A DNA stretch of 64,000 bases from Mobula hypostoma (Eukaryota): the NCBI RefSeq assembly GCF_963921235.1, contig NC_086108.1, forward strand, positions 69,070,001 through 69,134,000, read 5' to 3'. The notes beneath the pieces are model-generated. The model saw only the letters and a list, made by a program, of their open reading frames with translations, searched no databases and was not told the DNA's origin. Positions 38,605 to 53,024 of the stretch are shown piece after piece. Position 1 is the stretch's first letter. Every line of letters starts with the position of its first letter. The position numbers and the translations under genes are program-made.

Positions 38605-39275
38605 GAGACAAATGCTGGAAATCTGGAGCAACACACAAATTGTTGGAGGAACTCAGCAGGTCAGGCAGTATAGAACATAGAATAGTACAGCACAGTACAG
38701 GCCCTTTGGCCCACAGTTTTGTGCCGACCCTTAAACCCTGCCTCCCATATAACCCCCCACCTCAAATTCCTCCACATACCTGTCTAATAGTTGATTGGAG
38801 AGTACAGTGGACCATGGAATGGAGGTGACGAGGGGAAGAGGAGAGATGAAGATCTGAGTGATGGGCAGGGGAAGAAGAAGAAAGGCAGTATGTGGACTGC
38901 AAGGAATAGGGAAACAAAAGGGGGCACAGAGGAAAGTGGTTACTGGAAGTGATAGAAATGTATGTTGATTCCATCAGGTTGAAGGCTAACAAAACGGAAC
39001 TTGAAGTGTCCTTCCTCTAATCGGTGTCTCGCCTCAACTTCGCAGTTCAGGAGGTCATGTTGGTGTGGGAATGGGAAGTGGAATTAAAATTTAAATGGCT
39101 GGTCACCAGGAGATCCTGGCTGTTATGGTAGATGGAGCGAAGATGCCCAAAGAGGTGATTTCCTCCCATCTGTATCTGGTCTTACTGATATAGAGGAGGT
39201 CACATTGAATGCAATGAACAATACCAATGGATTCAAGATCCTGGAAGGACTTTTGAGACCTTTGAATGGTGGTGA
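38605..39275 (-). mobile_element. Decayed Penelope-like fragment containing a CR1 tail (~38668-38790)
   Basis: aaatgctgga..ggaggaactcagcaggtcaggcag pLTR end; reverse of the GIY-YIG region (gtgggaatgggaagtggaattaaa). Confidence 0.75.
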
Positions 39276-41172
39276 GGGAAAGTAAAGGATTGGGAAGCTT
39301 TTAAAACAAAACAGAAGGCAAATAAAAAAATCGTAGAGAAAGGATGAGCCAGCCAATAATATAAAAGAGAATACAGATACAATAAGTTTTTTGTCAGATA
39401 TATATCCTGTAGAAAGTCAAAGAAAGACTAGAGTGAATATCAGTCTGCTGGAGAATAAATCTGGAGAGGTAGTAATGGGAGACAAAAAAAATAGAAGATG
39501 AACGTATTAAGTATTTTGCATCAGCCTTCACAGTAGAAGACACTAGTAGAATGCCAGAAATATGAGAGTGTCAGGGGGCAGAAGTGAGTGTAGTTGCTAT
39601 TGCTAAGGAGAAGGTGCTGGGGAAGTGGAAATGTCAGAAGGTAGATCAGTCAAGTGGACCACATGGACTGCACCCCAGGGTTTGAAGAGGTAGCTGAAAA
39701 GATTGTGGAGACATTAGCAATGATCTTTTCAGAACCACTAGATTCTGGAATGGTTCCGGAGGACTGGAAAATTGCAAATGTTACTCCAAGAAGGGATAGA
39801 GGCAGAAGAAAGGAAATTATAGGCCAGATGATCTCAGTGGTTGGGAACATTTGGAGTTGATTGTTAAGGATGTGGTTTCGGGGTACTAGGAAGCACGTGA
39901 CTAAGTAGGCCAAAATCAGCATGGTTTCCTTAAGTGGAAGTCTTGCCTGACAAGTTTGTTGGAATTCTTCGAGGAAATAACAGGCAGGATAAACAAAGAA
40001 GAGCCAGTGAATGTTGTTTATTTGGATTTTCAGACCCTTGACAAGGTGCCAAAAAAATGAGGCTAGTTAACTAAATAAGAGCCCATGGTATTACAGGAAA
40101 GATACTAGCATGGATAGAAGATTGACTGACTGGCAGGAGAAAGAAAATAGGAATAAAGGGGGCCTTTTCTGGTTGGCTGCTGGTGACTCGTGATGTGCCA
40201 CAGGGGGTCAGTTTTGGGACTGCTGCTTTTCACATTACGTATATGTCAATGATTTAGAAGAAGGAGTTGGTAGATTTGTGGCCAAGTTTGCAGATGATAC
40301 GAAGGGGCAAGTAGTATTGAGGAAGCAGTGTGTCTACAGAAAACTGGGAGAATGGGCAAAGCAGTGGCAGATGGAATACAGTGTCAGGAACTGTACAGTC
40401 ATGCACTTTGGAGAAGGAATAAAGGTGTATACTATCTGAGTGGGGAGAAGATTTAAATAAAGTGACCTGGGAGTCCTCGTGCAGGATTTCCTAAAGATTA
40501 ACTTGCAGGTTGAGTTGGTGGTAAGGAATGCAATTGCAATGTTAGCATTCATTTTGAGAGGACTAGAATATAAAAGCAAGAATGTAATGCTAAGGCTTTA
40601 TAAGGCATTGGTCAGACCACACCGAGTATTGTGAGTAGTTTTGGGCCTATTATCTGAGAAAGATAACCTGGCATTGGAGAAGAGGGACCAGAAGAGGTTC
40701 ACAAGAATGATCCCATGAATGTAAGGATTAACATACAAGGAGCATTTGATGGCTCTGGGCCTGGACTCACTGTAGTTTAGAAGAACGAAGGGAGATTTCA
40801 TTCAAACATATCAAATATTGAAAGGCCTAGATAGAATGAATGAGGAGAGGAGAGGAGAATGAGTGGGCGAGTCTAGAACCAGAGGACACAGCCTCAGAAT
40901 AGAGGGACATCCATTTAGAACAGATGAGGAGGAATTTCTTTAGCTAGAGGCGGTGAATTTGTGGAATTCATTGCCAGCGATGGCTGTGGAGGCCAATTCA
41001 TTGAGTATGTTTAAAGCAGAGGTTGATTAGTTCTTTGTTAGTCAGGATGTCAAAGGTTACAGGGAGAAGGCAGGAGAATGGGGTTGAGCGGGTTAATACA
41101 TCAGCCATGATAGAATGACCGAGTAGATTCAATGGGCCAAATGGCTTAATTTTTCTCCTATGTCTTATGGTC
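39276..41172 (+). mobile_element. CR1 ORF2 RT-region copy, 5'-truncated, decayed
   Basis: DSGMVPEDWKIANVTP, KFADD, CR1 tail cctatgtcttatgg. Confidence 0.9.
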
Positions 41173-42259
41173 AGTCCAGGCAAAAATGCAAAACAGTAAT
41201 CGAGCAGTAAAATAGGGTCCTCAGCTTCTGTAAACTACTGTATCTTTCATTTTTTAAAAATCAGATTTTATGTGTAGGTAGTAAAGTTGGATTTTTTTGT
41301 CACCTTAGCTTTCATTTATAATAAGATGGTGTCCTTTCCAAATACTGATTTTTTTTCTCTTCTATTTCTCATAAGACATGGAAGTTATAGTTAAACTCAG
41401 TATTTATTCCCCATGAAAATGCAGTGAGGAGATGTCACAAACTGCTATAGTCAGCTGTGGAGATGGTTCCATGATGCTCCTGCTTCTTGGATCGCAGGTA
41501 GTGGAAAAGCTTTGGTCTTCATGAGGTTGGAGGCGAGTTACTTGCCACAGAACATTCAGCCTGCGATGCTTTTGTAACAATAGTATTTAGCTAGCTGTTC
41601 CAGTTAAGTTCCCATTCAATGGTACCTCATTGATGTGGATTGTAGGGAATTTATTCATAATGTCTTTGAATGTTAAAAAGTCGTGGTTCTGCCCTTAAAT
41701 GACATATCCTAGTAATTATGTTGCACATATCAGCCCAAATCATAATTTTGCCAAAGGAAGATTACTGAAGCTTACTGAATGTCATTGCAATTAGAACACT
41801 TGTCTAAAGTTGTCCCTTATTGTCCACATTGTAGATGTAAACACGCCATGGTTTTAGGAATTCCACTATTTTTTCCTAGCATCAAACAGAACAAGATATC
41901 ATGTTTTGTATCTAGTGAAATTCTTTTACATGGTTTACTACTTGCTATTAAATTTGCTGCCTCTATTTCAGGTATCTTGATGGTAAGTAACATGGAAAGA
42001 TCTTGATAAAACAACTGCTAGGAAGCAAACCCAACCTGCCAAATAGACAAAAAGAAATACCGCGTCATCTGCGGTATGCATCAAAAAGTGAGTTGGAAAA
42101 AAAAACAGAAAAAAATGTGTTGTTTGTTTAGCATTTTGAGTTTATTAGTTTATTTTTTTCTTGAAACAAGTTCCATGAGAACAAATATTCACACCTTCTC
42201 TCATGCTCACACATCATGTGATGTGTGAATTCCGTAAGGGCAAATTTCCATGACCTATC

Positions 42260-42640
42260 TTGATCATGAAGGAGGCTTGCCAGCAGCACTGCTTCATTAG
42301 AAGTTTGAGAAGATTTGATATGTCACCAAAGAGCTTAGAAAGTTTCCACAGACGAACAGTGGAGAATATTCTGACAGTAAGCATCACAGCATGGTACACA
42401 GGATTTTAAGAGGCTGCAGAGAGTTGTATACTCGGCCAACTCCATCACAGGTGCAACCCTTGCTACTGTTGAGGACACGTTCAAGAGGCAATGCCTCAAG
42501 AAGGCAGCATCATTACTGAAGACCCTCACCATCCAGGACATTCCCACTTCTGATTACTACTAACAGGGAGGAGCCTGAAGACCTCTATTCAATGATTCTA
42601 AAACAGCTTCCTCCACAGTCATCAGTCCATGAACATGACG
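42260..42640 (+). mobile_element. Rex-type LINE 3' fragment
   Basis: Similar to 2130-2460 (agaagtttgagaagattt..gtggagaatattctgac..aaggcagcatc). Confidence 0.7.
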
Positions 42641-43379
42641 TCAATATTCCTTTATCAAGGCTGGTATATTTTAACATTTCATTTAGGAAAGATGCAATTG
42701 CTTACTGTAATTGCTTTCAAAAAGGCAATAGATTGCATGAGAATGTAAATTTAAAACCTAATTTTCTTAACCACGTTTAAAGTAGCTGAGCAAATGTGTT
42801 GGGGTTAAAAAGAAAAAAGAAGTTTGTAAGTGATATTACTATGTTCCCATACCTTGTATGCTTATGTCACTTTATGCTGTTCTTCTGTTACACTGAGTTA
42901 ATTTCTAGTCATGGTGGTCTATATTTCAGGGTGCATTTCCCCATGGTTCAATGTGTGGACATCACACCATTCTTATTTCTCCAAACAGCTGATTAAAATA
43001 CAATGGGCCTTGTGTCAGCATGTGCTGGGATATCCTACTGGGTGCAGTTATGAGCCTATAGAAATGTGTGACATTGTTGTAGCATTAACTGTTGGTGAAT
43101 GGCAGTGGATAATTAAACCACCAAAAGGGGGCAGAGGCTCCCCAGACTCAAAAATGATATTGCCCAGCATGTGAATGGCAAAGACAAAGTTCAGGCATGC
43201 TTAATAGCATTCAACCAGAAGTGGATGGCTGGATGATGCATCTCAGTTTCCCTGGAGATGCCTATTGAAGTCATTCTTAAGGCAGTTCAATTCACTCCAC
43301 ATGATATCAAGATGTAGTTGAAAGCATTGAAAGTAAGAACAGGCAAGGTTTTTTTTAACATAGTTAAATAAAAAGACAC

Positions 43380-45760
43380 CAAATTACAACTAATTAAATC
43401 AAGGAGGGTTGCAGGATCAGGTGATGTGTTGTAACTGCATGATATGGGAGCTAATGGAGCCCATGTGGTTCCTGGTAGCCATATCTACAGCAGGATTTGG
43501 TTGCTTGAGGAACACAGACATAAAGATGATGACCTGGAATCTGAGCATCAAACAATGTGATGCATCAGGGAGGTGGTGAGGGAGTTACTGTGTGTTCAGG
43601 AGGCAGTCACACCCATTAGATTAACGACTTCAAATTTGGTCTGTGGTTAGGGACAAGAGAATGGAACGGAGAGTGAGGCAGGTAAGGAGATTCAAGAGAT
43701 AGAGAAGCCTCAGCCCTTGAGTTTGATTAGCCAGGTCTGATATTCTTGCTCCCTGTGCGGGGGCTGTAGGAATGATGAACAACCAGACCATGGCACCATG
43801 GTTTAGGAGCCATTCAAAAGCAGGGAGAGAAGAGAAATACAGTTGTAACTTGAGAATAGGTACAATTCTCTGTCAGGACGATCGAGAGTACCGAAGGCTG
43901 TGTTGCCTGTCTGGTGCCCAGGTTCGAGACATCTCACATCCTGCAAAGAACTTACAATGGAGGGGGACTGATACAGTTGTAGTGGTCCTTGTGGGAACTA
44001 ACAATGTATGAAGAACAAGGAAAGAGGTTCTGTAGGAGAATTCCAACAGCCTCAGGACTAAATTTAAATCCAGAACCAAAAAGGTCCTGTATTGTTATTG
44101 AACCGTGTACAAATTGGCACAGGGTTGATAAGATAAGTAAAATGTGTAGCTCAAACATTGGCATGGCAGAAGTCTGTTTGAACTTGTGGGGTGTTGGCAT
44201 CAGTACTGGGAAAGGAGAGAGCTGCTTTGATGGCGTGGCCCCCACCTGAACCATAGTCCTATTGATTCACATAACAAGGGCTGTGGTTAGGCCTTTAAAC
44301 TAAATCGTAATGGGGGTGAGTTCAACAGCTTGGGAAAGTATAAATAAAGTAAAAGGGAAGGAGAGTGCAGGAGAGATTGCTGAGGTATCCGAAATAAAGA
44401 ATAAGGCAGACAGATGTTTAAGAGATAAGAATTTAAACTTCAAGCAACATGTAGGCAAAATAGAGAAGTGTGTCAAATACAGGACTGCAGATGTGATATT
44501 TGAATGCATGCAGTATACAAAATAAGGTAGCTGAGCTTACAGCGCAGCTAGAAATTGGCGGATATGATGTTCACTGAGTTGTGGTTGAAAGCAGCTCATA
44601 GCTGGGAGCAAAACATCCAAGGATACACATTCTATTGAAAAGACAAGCAGGTGGACAGAGGGTTGGAAGGCTGTGCCAGTTAAAAAAACATATAATTCCA
44701 TCCTTAAGAAAGAAGAGATATATGATCAGAAGGTGTGGAATCCTTTTGGGTAACATTAAGAAATTGCAAGAAAATTATATACAGGCCTCCAAACAATAAC
44801 TAGGATGTGTGGTAAAATTACAACAGGAAATAGAACATATGATGCTTATGGAGAATTTCAATACGCAGGTAGATTGGAAGAATCACATTGGTGCTGGATC
44901 TCAAGAGAATTTGTAGAATGCCTACAAGATGGCTTTTTAGAACAGCTGGCAGCGGGGCCCTCAAGGAAAAAGTCAATTAAGGATTTGGTGTTCTGCAATG
45001 AATCGGATTTGATTAGGAAGCTTAAGGTAAATTAACCCTTAGGAGACAGTAATCATAATATGAAGGAATTTACCATGTAGTTTGAGGGGAAGAAGCTAAA
45101 ATCAGATGTATCAATATTAAAATGGAACAAAAGCAACTTACAGAGGTGTGACAGAGGAGTTGGCCAAAGTTGATTGGAAGGGGACACCAGCAGGGATGAC
45201 TGCAGGGCAGCAAAGGCTGGAGTTTCCGGGAGCAATTCGGAACATGCAGAATCCCAAAGATAAAGAAATATTATAAAAGGAGGATGAAGTAACCATGACT
45301 AACAAAGGAAGTCAAAGATTGCGTAGAAGCAAAAGGGAGGCCACACAATGTAACAAAAACTAGTGGGAAGTTAGAGGATGGAGAAGTTTTTAAAAATCAA
45401 CAAAAGGCAACTGAAAAGCCACAAGGAGAGAAAAGATGAAATATAAAGGGAAGCTAGCCAGTAATATCAGAGAAGATACCAAAAGTTTGTTACTAATGTA
45501 TAAGTAAAAAAGAGGCAAGAGTGGATATCAGACCGCTAGAAAATGATGCAGGAGAATTAGTCATGGGGAACAAAGAAATAGCAGACAAATTAAATATTTT
45601 GCATCAATCTTTACTGTGGAAGATACCAGCAACATGCCAGAAATTCAAGAGGCTGGGGACAGAAGTGAATGTAGTCACTAATACTAAGGAGAAGGTTCTT
45701 GGGATGCTGAAAGGTCTGAAGATGGATAAGGCATTGGGACCAGAGGGATTACACCCCATG
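43380..45760 (+). mobile_element. CR1 5' part: ORF1 (zinc-finger/SGNH esterase relic) and ORF2 endonuclease, decayed
   Basis: CCLSGAQVRDI..VVVVLVGTNN esterase motif; EFVECLQDGFLEQL, LENDAGELVMGNKE. Confidence 0.85.
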
Positions 45761-45761
45761 A

Positions 45762-46522
45762 TTCAAAGGTTCATTTATTATCAAAGCATATATCCATATA
45801 CAACTCTGAAATTTGTCTTTTCTAGATAGCCAAGAAACAAAGAACATGAAAGTCATTCAGAGAGAAATATCAAACCCACACCACCCTGCACAAAAAAGAA
45901 CGGCAACACGACCATCACCCCCCCAAACCCCTCCCTTCACATAAAACAGAGCAGAAACATCGACCCCCAAAAAACCTCTATCCCACACAAGAAAACTAAC
46001 AGAACATCAACCCCAAACCCACTGCCTTCACACAACAAAACCAAAAATGAATGAATGATAAAAAGCACAGAATATAAAAACCGTAAGTCTGAAAAAGTCC
46101 ATAAACGCAATAATCCAATCCATAAATGCAGAACCATGATAACATCCTCTGACGTTCATCGAAATAGAGGGACACCACTTGAGACGGAGAGGCCTACCCA
46201 CCTGCCACAGCGAGCCACACAGTGACAGGCTGCTCAGAGACTGCTAATCCAGCAACTATCAAATGGGAGGCAGTCGGTGCTAAAACTCTCAATCACCTTC
46301 TGCATTTGGTTTGACGTCTCAATCTCCCTCAGTGCTTTAATTGGTGATTAATGGACACTTTCATCAGTGAAATGGAGTTGAACATCAGCTCATGCCCAAT
46401 CTCAAAAGTTTCTTTGCATCGAGGCCATCTGAGTACGCACTCGCATCCGGAAATCTTCACAGAGACAGCAAAGCACTGGATCAAATGGTCTCTAAACTAT
46501 AAATCGCAGGCTCTAACAGTCC
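45762..46522 (-). mobile_element. Non-coding retroposed element with Rex-type 3' end
   Basis: Minus strand ends ..tttgataataaatgaacctttgaa, like Rex-type tails; no RT ORF seen. Confidence 0.55.
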
Positions 46523-47848
46523 CAGGATTGGGAAGCATTTAAAACCAACAGAAGGTAACTAAAAAGTCATTAAGAATATAAAAATGAAATATGAAAGTAA
46601 GCTATCCAATAATATTAAAGAGAATACCAAAAGTTTCTGTTGATACATAAAGTGTAAAAGAGAGGTGAGAGTGGATATTGGACCACTGGAAAACTATGCT
46701 GGAGAGGTAATAATAGGGGACAAGGAAATGGCAGACAAACTAAGTGTTTTGCATCAGTCTTCGCTGTGGAAGACACTAGCAGTATGGTGGAAGTTCCAGG
46801 TATCGGGGCCAAGAAGTGTGTGAAGTTACCATAACTACAGAGAAGGTTATTGGGAAACTGAAAGGTTTGAAGGTGGATACATCACCTAGAAACAGGTGGC
46901 TGAAGAGATTGTGAAGGCATTAGTAATGATCTTTCGAGAATCACTAGATTCTGGAATGGTTCCAGAAGACTGGAAAATTGCAAATGTCACTCCACTCTTC
47001 AAGAAGGGAGAGAGGCAGAAGAAAGGAAACTATAGGCCAATTAGTCTGACCCCAGTGGTTGAGAAAATGTTGGAGTTGATTATTAAGGTCGAGGTCATAG
47101 GGTACTTGAAGGCACATGATAAAATAGGTGCTAGTCAGCATGGTTTCCTCAAGGGAAAATTTTGCCTGGCAGATCTGTTAGAAATAACAAGCAGGATAGA
47201 CAAAGAAGAATTGGCTGATGTTGGGTACTTATGTTTTCAAAAGGCCTTTAACAAGGTGGCACACAAGACTGCTTAACAAACTACAAGCCCTTGGTATTAC
47301 AGGAAAGATTCCAGCATGGATGAAGCAGTGGCTGATTGACAGAAGGTAAAGATTGGGAATAAAGGGAACCTTTTCTAACTGGCTGCCAATGACTAATGGT
47401 GCTCCACAGGGGTTTGTGTTGGGACCAATTCTTTTTACGTTATATGTCAATGATTTGCATGATGGAATTGATGGCTTTGTTCAAAAGTTTGCAGATGATA
47501 TGAAGAAAGGTGGAGAGGCAGATAGTTTTGAGGGAGTAGAGAGGCTACAGAAGGACTTAGACAGAATGGGAGAATGGACAAAGAAGTGGCAAATGGAATA
47601 CAGTGTCAGGAAGTGTATGGTCATGCACTTTGGTAGAAGAAATGAAAAGGCTGACTATTTACTAAATACTGAGAAAATACAAAAAACTGAGGTGCAAAGG
47701 GACTTGGGAGTCTTTGTGCAGGATTCTCTAATTGTTAATTTGCAGGTTGAGTCTGTGGTGAGGAAGGCAAAGGCCTCACGTGAAGTATTGTGAGCAGTTT
47801 CGGGCCCCTTATCTTAGAAAGGATGTGCTGAAACTGGAGAGAGTTCAA

Positions 47849-49802
47849 TAGACAATAGACAATAGGTGCAGGAGTAGGCCATTCGGTCCTTCGAGCCAGC
47901 ACCGCCATTCACTGTGATCATGGCTGATCATCCACTATCAGTATCCAGTTCCTGCCTTATCCCCATAACCTTTGATTCCGCTATCTTTAAGAGCTCTATC
48001 CATCCCTTTTTTGAAAGCATCCAGAGACTTGGCCTCCACAGCCTTCTGGGGCAGAGCATTCCATATATCCACCACTCTCTGGGTGAAAAAGTTTTTCCTC
48101 AACTCCGTTCTAAGTGGCCTACCCCTTATTTTTAAACTGTGGCCTCTGGTTCTGGACTCACCCATCAGCGGGAACATGCTTCCTGCCTGCAGCGTGTCCA
48201 ATCCCTTAATAATCTTATATGTTTCAATAAGATCCCCTCTCAGCCTTCTAAGTTCCAGAGTATACAAGCCCAGTCGCTCCAATCTTTCGACATATGACAG
48301 TCCCGCCATCCCGGGAATTAACCTTGTGAACTTATGCTGCACTCGCTCAATAGCAAGAATGTCCTTCCTCAAATTTGGAGACCAAAACTGCACACAGTAC
48401 TCCAGGTGTGGTCTCAGCAGGGCCCTGTACAGCTGCAGAAGGACCTCTTTGCTCTTATACTCAATTCCCCTCGTTATGAAAGCCAGCATGCCATTAGCTT
48501 TCTTCACTGCCTGCTGTACTTGCATGCTTGCTTTCAGTGACTGATGTACAAGAACACCTAGATCTCATTGTGCTTCCCCTTTTCCTAACTTGACTCCATT
48601 TAGATAATAATCTGCCTTCCCATTCTTACCACCGAAGTGGATAACCTCACATTTATCCACATTAAACTGCATCTGCCATGCATCTGCCCACTCGCCCAGC
48701 CTGTCCAAGTCACCCTGCATTTTCATAACATCCTCCTCACATTTCAAACTGCCTCCCAGCTTTGTGTCATTGGCAAATTTGCTAATGTTACTTTTAATTC
48801 CCTCATCCAAATCATTAATATATATTGTAAACAGCTGCGGTCCCAGCACTGAACCTTGCGGTACTCCACTAGTCACCGCCTGCCATTCCGAAAGGGACCC
48901 ATTAATCGCTACTCTTTGTTTTTCTGTCAGCCAGCCAATTTTCAATCCGTGTCAGTATTCTGCCCCCAATACCACGTTCCCTAATTTTGCCCACTAATCT
49001 CCTATGTGGGTCTTTATCAAAGGCTTTCTGAAAGTCCAGGTACACTACATTCACTGGCTCTCCCTTGTCAATTTTCATAGTTACATCCTCAAAAAATTCC
49101 AGAAGATTAGTCAAGCATGATTTTCCCTTCATAAATCCATGCTGACTCAGACCAATCCTGTTACTAATATCCAGATGTGTCGTAATTTCACCTTTTATAA
49201 TTGACTCCAGCATCTTTCCCACCACCGACGTCAGGCTAACTGGTCTATAATTCCCTGTTTTCTCTCTTCCTCCCTTCTTGAAGAGAGGGACAACATTAGC
49301 CACCCTCCAATCCACAGGAACTGATCCTGAATCTATAGAACATTGGAAAATGATTACCAATGCGTCCACGATTTCTAAAGCCACCTCCTTAAATACCCTG
49401 GGATGCAGACCATCAGGTCCCGGGGACTTATCAGCCTTCAGACCCAACAGCCTATCCAACACCATTTCCTGCCTAATATAAATTTCCTTCAGTTCATCCA
49501 TTACCCTAGGTCCTTTGGCCACTATTATATTTGGGAGGTTGTTTGTGTCTTCCCTAGTGAAGACAGATCCAAAGTACCTGTTCAACTCCTCTGCCATTTC
49601 CTTGTTCCCCATATTAAATTCACCTGCTTCTGTCTTCAAGGGCCCAATTTTGGTCTTAACTATTTTTTTCCTTTTCACATACCTAAGGAAGTTTTTACTA
49701 TCCTCCTCTATATTCTTGACTAGTTTACCTTCGTACCTCATTTTTTCTCCACATGTTGCCTTTTTAGTTACCTTCTGTTGCTCTTTAAAAGTTTCCCAAT
49801 CC
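47849..49802 (-). mobile_element. Young CR1 (different subfamily), 5'-truncated
   Basis: Long RT ORF pieces (279, 126, 195 aa); (CTATTGT)n tail; tcaa repeated at 47845-47848 and 49803-49806. Confidence 0.95.
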
Positions 49803-50267
49803 TCAAAAGAGGTTCACAAAAATGATTCCGGGTTTGAATGGCTTGTCATATGAAGAGTGTCTAATGGCTCTGCGCCTGTATTCACTAGAATTCAGAAGAA
49901 TGAAGAGTGACCTAATTGAAACCTATTGAATGGTGAAAGGCCTTGATAGATTGGATGAGGAGAGGATGTTGCCTATGGTGGAAGAGTTTAAGACTGGAGG
50001 ACACAGCCTCAGAATGGAGAAGCATCCATTTAGAATGAAGATGAGAAATCTCTTTAGCCAAAGAGTGGTGAATCTGTGGAATTCATTGCCACAGACAGCT
50101 GTGGATGTTGTGTCTGTGCACAACTACATATCAATTAAAATAAAAACTCGCACGTGGGAAATGGCTTTTACTGGTGTATTCACATTGCAGAGAGAGAGAG
50201 ATACAACAGCATATGCACAGACAACAGATCAATATGTATTGCAAAGGTGGAGGGGTAATTGCTCTAA

Positions 50268-50418
50268 GACAGACTCGTAGATAGACACACAGAGCTTAGA
50301 AAAATAGAGGGCTATGTGGTAGGGAAATTCTAGGCATTTTCTAGAGTAGGTTACATGATCAGCACAACATTGAGGGCCGAAGGGCCTGTAATATGCTGTA
50401 AATTTGTATGATCTAAGG
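50268..50418 (+). mobile_element. CR1 tail inserted in the Gypsy 3' LTR
   Basis: Similar to 63265-63400; tctaa direct repeat at 50263-50267 and 50419-50423. Confidence 0.75.
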
Positions 50419-52220
50419 TCTAAATAGATCCATACTTCCTCCCCCTTTAGGTTAATGCAACATAAAACTGTACATGCACAAAGCATTCAATTTCCCTTTC
50501 ATAAACCCATATTCCATATAAACATGCTTTCACAATAACAGTCCATAACTAACTTCACAGTTCTAAAGGTTCAGTCTTTTGGGTGCCGCTCTGTTTCTTA
50601 CAGGATAGCGCCTCTGGACCTGTGGAGTAGTATCAGGTTTGGTAGGTGTCTTATCAACGATAATGTTCTTGTCACATCTCTGAACCTGTGGAGCAGCATC
50701 AGGTTTGGTAGGTATCTTGTCTAAGACAATGTCCTCGTTTCTGGTACCACGTTTGTATCAGTGACACGATCATCACTGAGAGGTAAGTCCAGTGACTGAA
50801 ATGCGTCATTCTCATTGGATGCAGTCAACTCGGGTGTGTTCTTCCGTTGAGAATCCAGTATCTAGTCTAAATGACGTCTCCATGCCTGATATGCAAAATC
50901 CTCTGTGTACATCAGTTGTCCAGTTCTTATAGCTATCCTACCAGTGTCCACTTGTCTTCTCAGTAATCACACGCTAGAACTTCCTGTCCAATCTCGAAGC
51001 TCCTTGCTGCTTCACTTGGCAATTGCTGAACTGTTTATTCTGCACTTCCCTCTGTAGATCTGGTTTCAGGAGCTCTATGCGAGATCTCAGATTCCTGCTC
51101 ATGAGCAGCATTGCAGGTGTTTGATTTGTCGTCGCATGAACGGAGTTCCGATACACAAAAAGGAAGTTATCCACCTTGTACTGTAGAGAAATGTCCTCCT
51201 TGTCCATTGTTTTAATGGACTTCATGAAGATTTGGATAAACCTTTCAATTAACCCATTCATTGCTGGGTGGTGAGGAGCTGACTTGAAATGTCTGATGCC
51301 ATTTTTCTTCATGAACAGTTGGAATTCAGACATGTATTGTGGTCTGTTGTCACTCACAATTTGTTTGGGTAAGCTGTTTCTGGCAAATGTAGTCCTCAGA
51401 GCGGAGAAAGTCTTTGCTGAGGTGGTTGACTTCATTCGTATAACCTCCGGCCACTTTGAATGAGCATCCACAGCAATCAGAGACACGAGTCCATGAATTG
51501 CCCAGTGAAGTCAATATGTACTACTCTCTGCCACATTGAAGATAGCCACACCCACAGGTGTAACGGTGCCTGTGGGGGTGCATTTTGATTTTTTTTTTGC
51601 CATCCCAAACAGCTTTTAGCCAAGTCTTCAATCTGTTTATCTGTTCCCTTCTGAAGCACATTCTGATTATCATTAAGAAGCTGTGACAGCCTCTTGTTAG
51701 TGCTACCATTTGGGCTGCAGTTGCCTGTTAATGCCACACTGAAAGCTTTGACTGAGTGCCAGTCGAGTTGGATTTTTCTCAACCATTCACATCTGAAAAG
51801 TGCTGGCCTTTCACTTTTCAATACATAAAGCTCTAACTGCTGTGTTTGGCCTCCACACATCACATTTACCTTCAATAGACACTTTTTGCCTATATATGTC
51901 TTTAGCATCACTGAGGTCTTCTCTGATGGTATCTTAGAAAACAGTCTGTTGTAGTCAGCCTCTTAAATTATGGACAAAGCTGATTCTGTGTCCAGTTCCA
52001 TTTTCAGTTTTACACCAGACACATACATTGATTGTGATCCATATGATTTTATCATCTGCTTCAGTAATACTATGCAACTCTAGGCATGACAGTTCACCTT
52101 CATCACACCTTCTTTTGTCTGTTGCACATTCCGTCACTTTATGCACTTGCTTAGTTTTGTGTGTGAAACTCTTCACTCCATGTGGTTTTTGTCTTTGCTT
52201 GTGCTTTTTGTCTGACTTGC

Positions 52221-53024
52221 TGTACAGGTAAGTGTATGGTGTGTGGGTAGGTGTGTGGGTATGAAAATTGGCACAGCAGGGTAATGGTTAACAATTAGGA
52301 ATTTGTGGGCCTGTTATGTTGTTGGGCAGATTGGCCCTTGATACTAGATAAGGGGAGAACAACATGTGACTCTGGTCTACCGGATATCATGCCTAAGAGC
52401 AAGCTAAAATTGCTGACTTATGTAAAAGTAACTAATCACTTTGCCTCTAAAAAATTTTTTTTTTACATTGTTTGGTTGTAAGATTAATAGGATGCATTGT
52501 CTCTGAGGGGGGCCAAGGCCGGTTGTTAAAGGTCACCCGACCGTGGTACTTGCAGGTATGGAGGATGTATGTTGGCGTATTACGTGGCCAGGACTTAGAT
52601 TGTCCCAAGTTAGGGTCATGTTAGCATCAGATTGAATGCCTAGCCCCTTCTAGCTGGACTGGGAAGTGGCAATAGTGCGATAAAGTTCTTTCTTGGGTAG
52701 ACCACTTACCTTCGGGCTGAGCAGCGGAACCGGCGCCATGGACCTCCACCCTAGCCGGTCCACGGTCGGTCGCCTGCCTCAGGGACCACGCAGACGTTGC
52801 TAAGTATACTCGGAGGTGTAGACTACCAGGGGTTGCTTAAGTTAGCCCTACCTATTAGTGGTGTAGGTAGTGTATGATCACAACTCTCTATTTTCTTCTC
52901 TGTATTAACAACAAAGTGAGTCTTGGAGGAACTACCGAGTCTGGGTCCATTTGTTCAAGCGAAACCGAATAGTTGCAGCATCCACCCGTCACGGTTATTC
53001 TTTAGGTATCAGTTTTGTGGAACA
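52221..53024. mobile_element. Solo LTR (804 bp) of unidentified family in the Gypsy gag
   Basis: TGT...ACA termini, 5-bp TSD cttgc (52216-52220, 53025-53029); gag rejoins across it. Confidence 0.9.

Noticed and set aside
52720..52800. HDV-like ribozyme in the solo LTR
   Set aside because: I could only build simple hairpins, not the nested double pseudoknot
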